Below are positions 61,827 through 64,000 of a stretch of 64,000 bases of DNA, piece by piece. The position numbers and the translations under genes are program-made. Source of the stretch: Deltaproteobacteria bacterium (GTDB lineage Bacteria; SAR324; NAC60-12); NCBI GenBank assembly GCA_002685535.1, contig NYXK01000211.1, forward strand, positions 28,803 through 92,802, written 5' to 3'. A model generated the notes under the pieces. That model saw nothing but the letters and a program-made list of their open reading frames with translations, did not search any database and was not told where the DNA came from. Numbering within the stretch: the first letter of the stretch is position 1; each line of letters starts with the position of its first letter.

Positions 61827-63085
61827 ATGACGACATTTGATCTCGACGATATTCAATCGAAGACCGAACCCTGGCTTCAAGGCACGAGATATGCCTCGAA
61901 GTCAATCACTCCTCTATCTGGTGGAACAGTGAACTTCACCTTCTTAGTCAATTTAAAAGAGCCTCTCGATAATGGTACAGAAAAAGTGGTTGTCAAACAC
62001 AGCGAAACCTTCGTGAGGCATACACCATCATACAAAGTCTCATTGACACGTATTGTGAGGAACTTTAATCCCATCATTGGAAGCCAGTTTCTATGACCAA
62101 CTTGACTGGCTGACAACAGTAAAGGTCGCAGAACAGCAATGCCTCCGGACTCTATCGTTCCTCCCTCCAAACGTCAAGGACAATTCGAGAGACTCAAAAT
62201 TCCAAGTCCGGACTCCGACGTGTCTTTACTTCGATGAAGCGGCGGGAATGCAAATCCACGAATATCTTCCCAACGGCGTCGACATAAAGACATACCTACT
62301 AGAAAGAGCCATAGATCGCAACGAAAGCTCACTTGAACCCGCATTTAAGAGCCTAGGACAAGCTCTAGGGTCATGGGTACGCCACTTCCATGACGAGGCT
62401 GCTCATCATCTAGATTTGGTTGATGTAGTCGCCAAGAACAAAGAGGCTCAGCAGGTGCAGCAGCTGGTTACCTACCAATTCGCTGTTGACCGAGTCAAGG
62501 ACTATCCAGAAGTTCTGGGTGATGTAACGACGATTCTCCGAGAGGTGCGGAAGCTCGCCGCAGACGAGCTAGAGGGTGGATCGTTGCAGGTTATTCATGG
62601 TGACCTGGGTCCTGCCAAGTAAGTGACTGATTTCTCAACGTCCTGTCAAAATGTTTTCTCAATTAGCTCACTTGACTTGTAGTATTCTTATTCCAAACGC
62701 AACCATACAAGAAGGAACCGAAACTCTAGTCTTCGTGATCGACTGGGAGACAAGCCAACTTGGGGTCTCGAACATCGACACCGGCCAAATGATCGCAGAT
62801 TTATACCGGCTCTGGCTTTGCAGAGGTCTTGAGACGGCACTGTGGGTACTGCGAGGCTTCTGTAAAGGCTATGGTATCGTGAGCGAAGAGCATGCTTTCA
62901 GGACAACCATTCATGCTGGCGTCCATCTGATTTCTCGGGGAACGATCGATCGTGAAATGGGAACGATGGATGAGCTTGAGGTCGTTGCGAGAGCGGGGAG
63001 GAATATCCTGCTTAATGCATATCGGAAAGACAGGAAATGGTTCGAAGATGGTGATTTGGCTTGCCTGTTTGATCCGGTGGCGTGA
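61827..63085 (+). CDS. Aminoglycoside phosphotransferase/choline-kinase-like small-molecule kinase
   Basis: LSGGTVNF, VVVKHSE, HGDLGPANILI (across an intron) and VIDWE motifs; introns 62055-62124 and ~62619-62682. Confidence 0.85.
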
Positions 63086-63401
63086 ACGGCTAGAGCTTCT
63101 CTCGACGGGGGTTGATGGGGACCATTTTCCTCGCAGCATTTATTTGATTTATTTCATGTTGAGGTTCCACGGAGATCACAATCTCCTCCTTGTGATCTCC
63201 ATCGTGATTACTCTAGTCACGCTTGCTTTAGTTTCTCTGTGAATTTCGAGAAGTGCGATCGCTTTGTGTAAGAGGACAAGCCATGGAAATATCGTCACGG
63301 GACTGTTACTCGCCGAAACTCAAGCACCACTATTTCATGGAATACTTCCACAAAAGAAAATGGGAAACATTTAGATCATATCGACGGTCATATGAATTAC
63401 G

Positions 63402-64000
63402 CTACAAAGATGCGAGAATACCAGCAGCGATCTTCTCAGCAAGAGCATAAACTGTACTCTGCGGGTGACCAGGCGGCAACAACGCGAACGAACTTGCATC
63501 TACAACCCTTAATCCTGAAACACCGAATACCCTCGCTTGGGAGTCAACAACCGAATCCGGATCTGATGCTCTTCCCATCTTACATGTACAAGATGCATGC
63601 CACACAGTCATCACTGTCTTCTGAATCGTGTCGAGAATCTGGGCATCCGTTTGCACGGCTGGACCGGGGAAGTACTCGTCTCCGATGAGGACGCTAGACA
63701 TGGCTTGTGAACTGAAAGCTTGTCGAAGTCTCTTGTATGCGGCGATAGCGACTGCTTGGTCGGTTGGAGATGTGAGCCATTTTGGATCGATGATGGGAAG
63801 GTCGTCAGGATTTGCGGAGGCTAGGGTCACTGTTCCTCGCGAGAGAGGGGCAACGATGGCAGCGAGGATGGTTGCATACTGTTCGAGTCAGCTCATTCTT
63901 TATGAGGCGTAAGGAGGAAACTCACCTGAAACCCATCCTTCGGTTGCCCGAAAGGCAAGGACGCGAAATCACCAACATATCCCGGTGCAGAGAGATATTC
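63402..64000 (-). CDS. GMC oxidoreductase, 3' part (runs off the right edge)
   Basis: PLSRGTVTL, PIIDP, EYFPG, WHASCTCKMG, VVDSQARVFGVSGLRVVDAS and GHPQSTVYALAEK motifs. Confidence 0.92.

Overview
This is genomic DNA of a filamentous ascomycete (short GT-AG introns with CTRAC branch sites, HET/2EXR/Zn2Cys6 genes, RIP-like damage); a Leotiomycete is my impression only. Conserved core genes flank the window: SEC16 and NEO1 are divergent on the left, FAR11 lies on the right. Between them is a ~42 kb accessory-looking interval with several pseudogenes, a non-autonomous hAT element and lineage-specific genes. Three things stand out. (1) An otherwise perfect tRNA-Glu(CTC) gene (55365-55520) carries a canonical 37/38 intron and also a 55-nt GTAAGT...TTAAC...CAG spliceosomal-type intron in its D-loop. 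(2) A dispersed proline-type catabolic cluster (PRODH, flavin-reductase-like, Put3-like regulator, RidA, P5CDH) has CGG-N9-CCG sites in its enzyme promoters; its PRODH has Cys where the proline-selecting Tyr normally sits, suggesting a hydroxyproline or proline-analogue regulon. (3) An Ada-type methylphosphotriester sensor and an O6-alkylguanine alkyltransferase sit head-to-head on one ~340-bp promoter. All calls come from reading the sequence and recalling family motifs; no database search was run.
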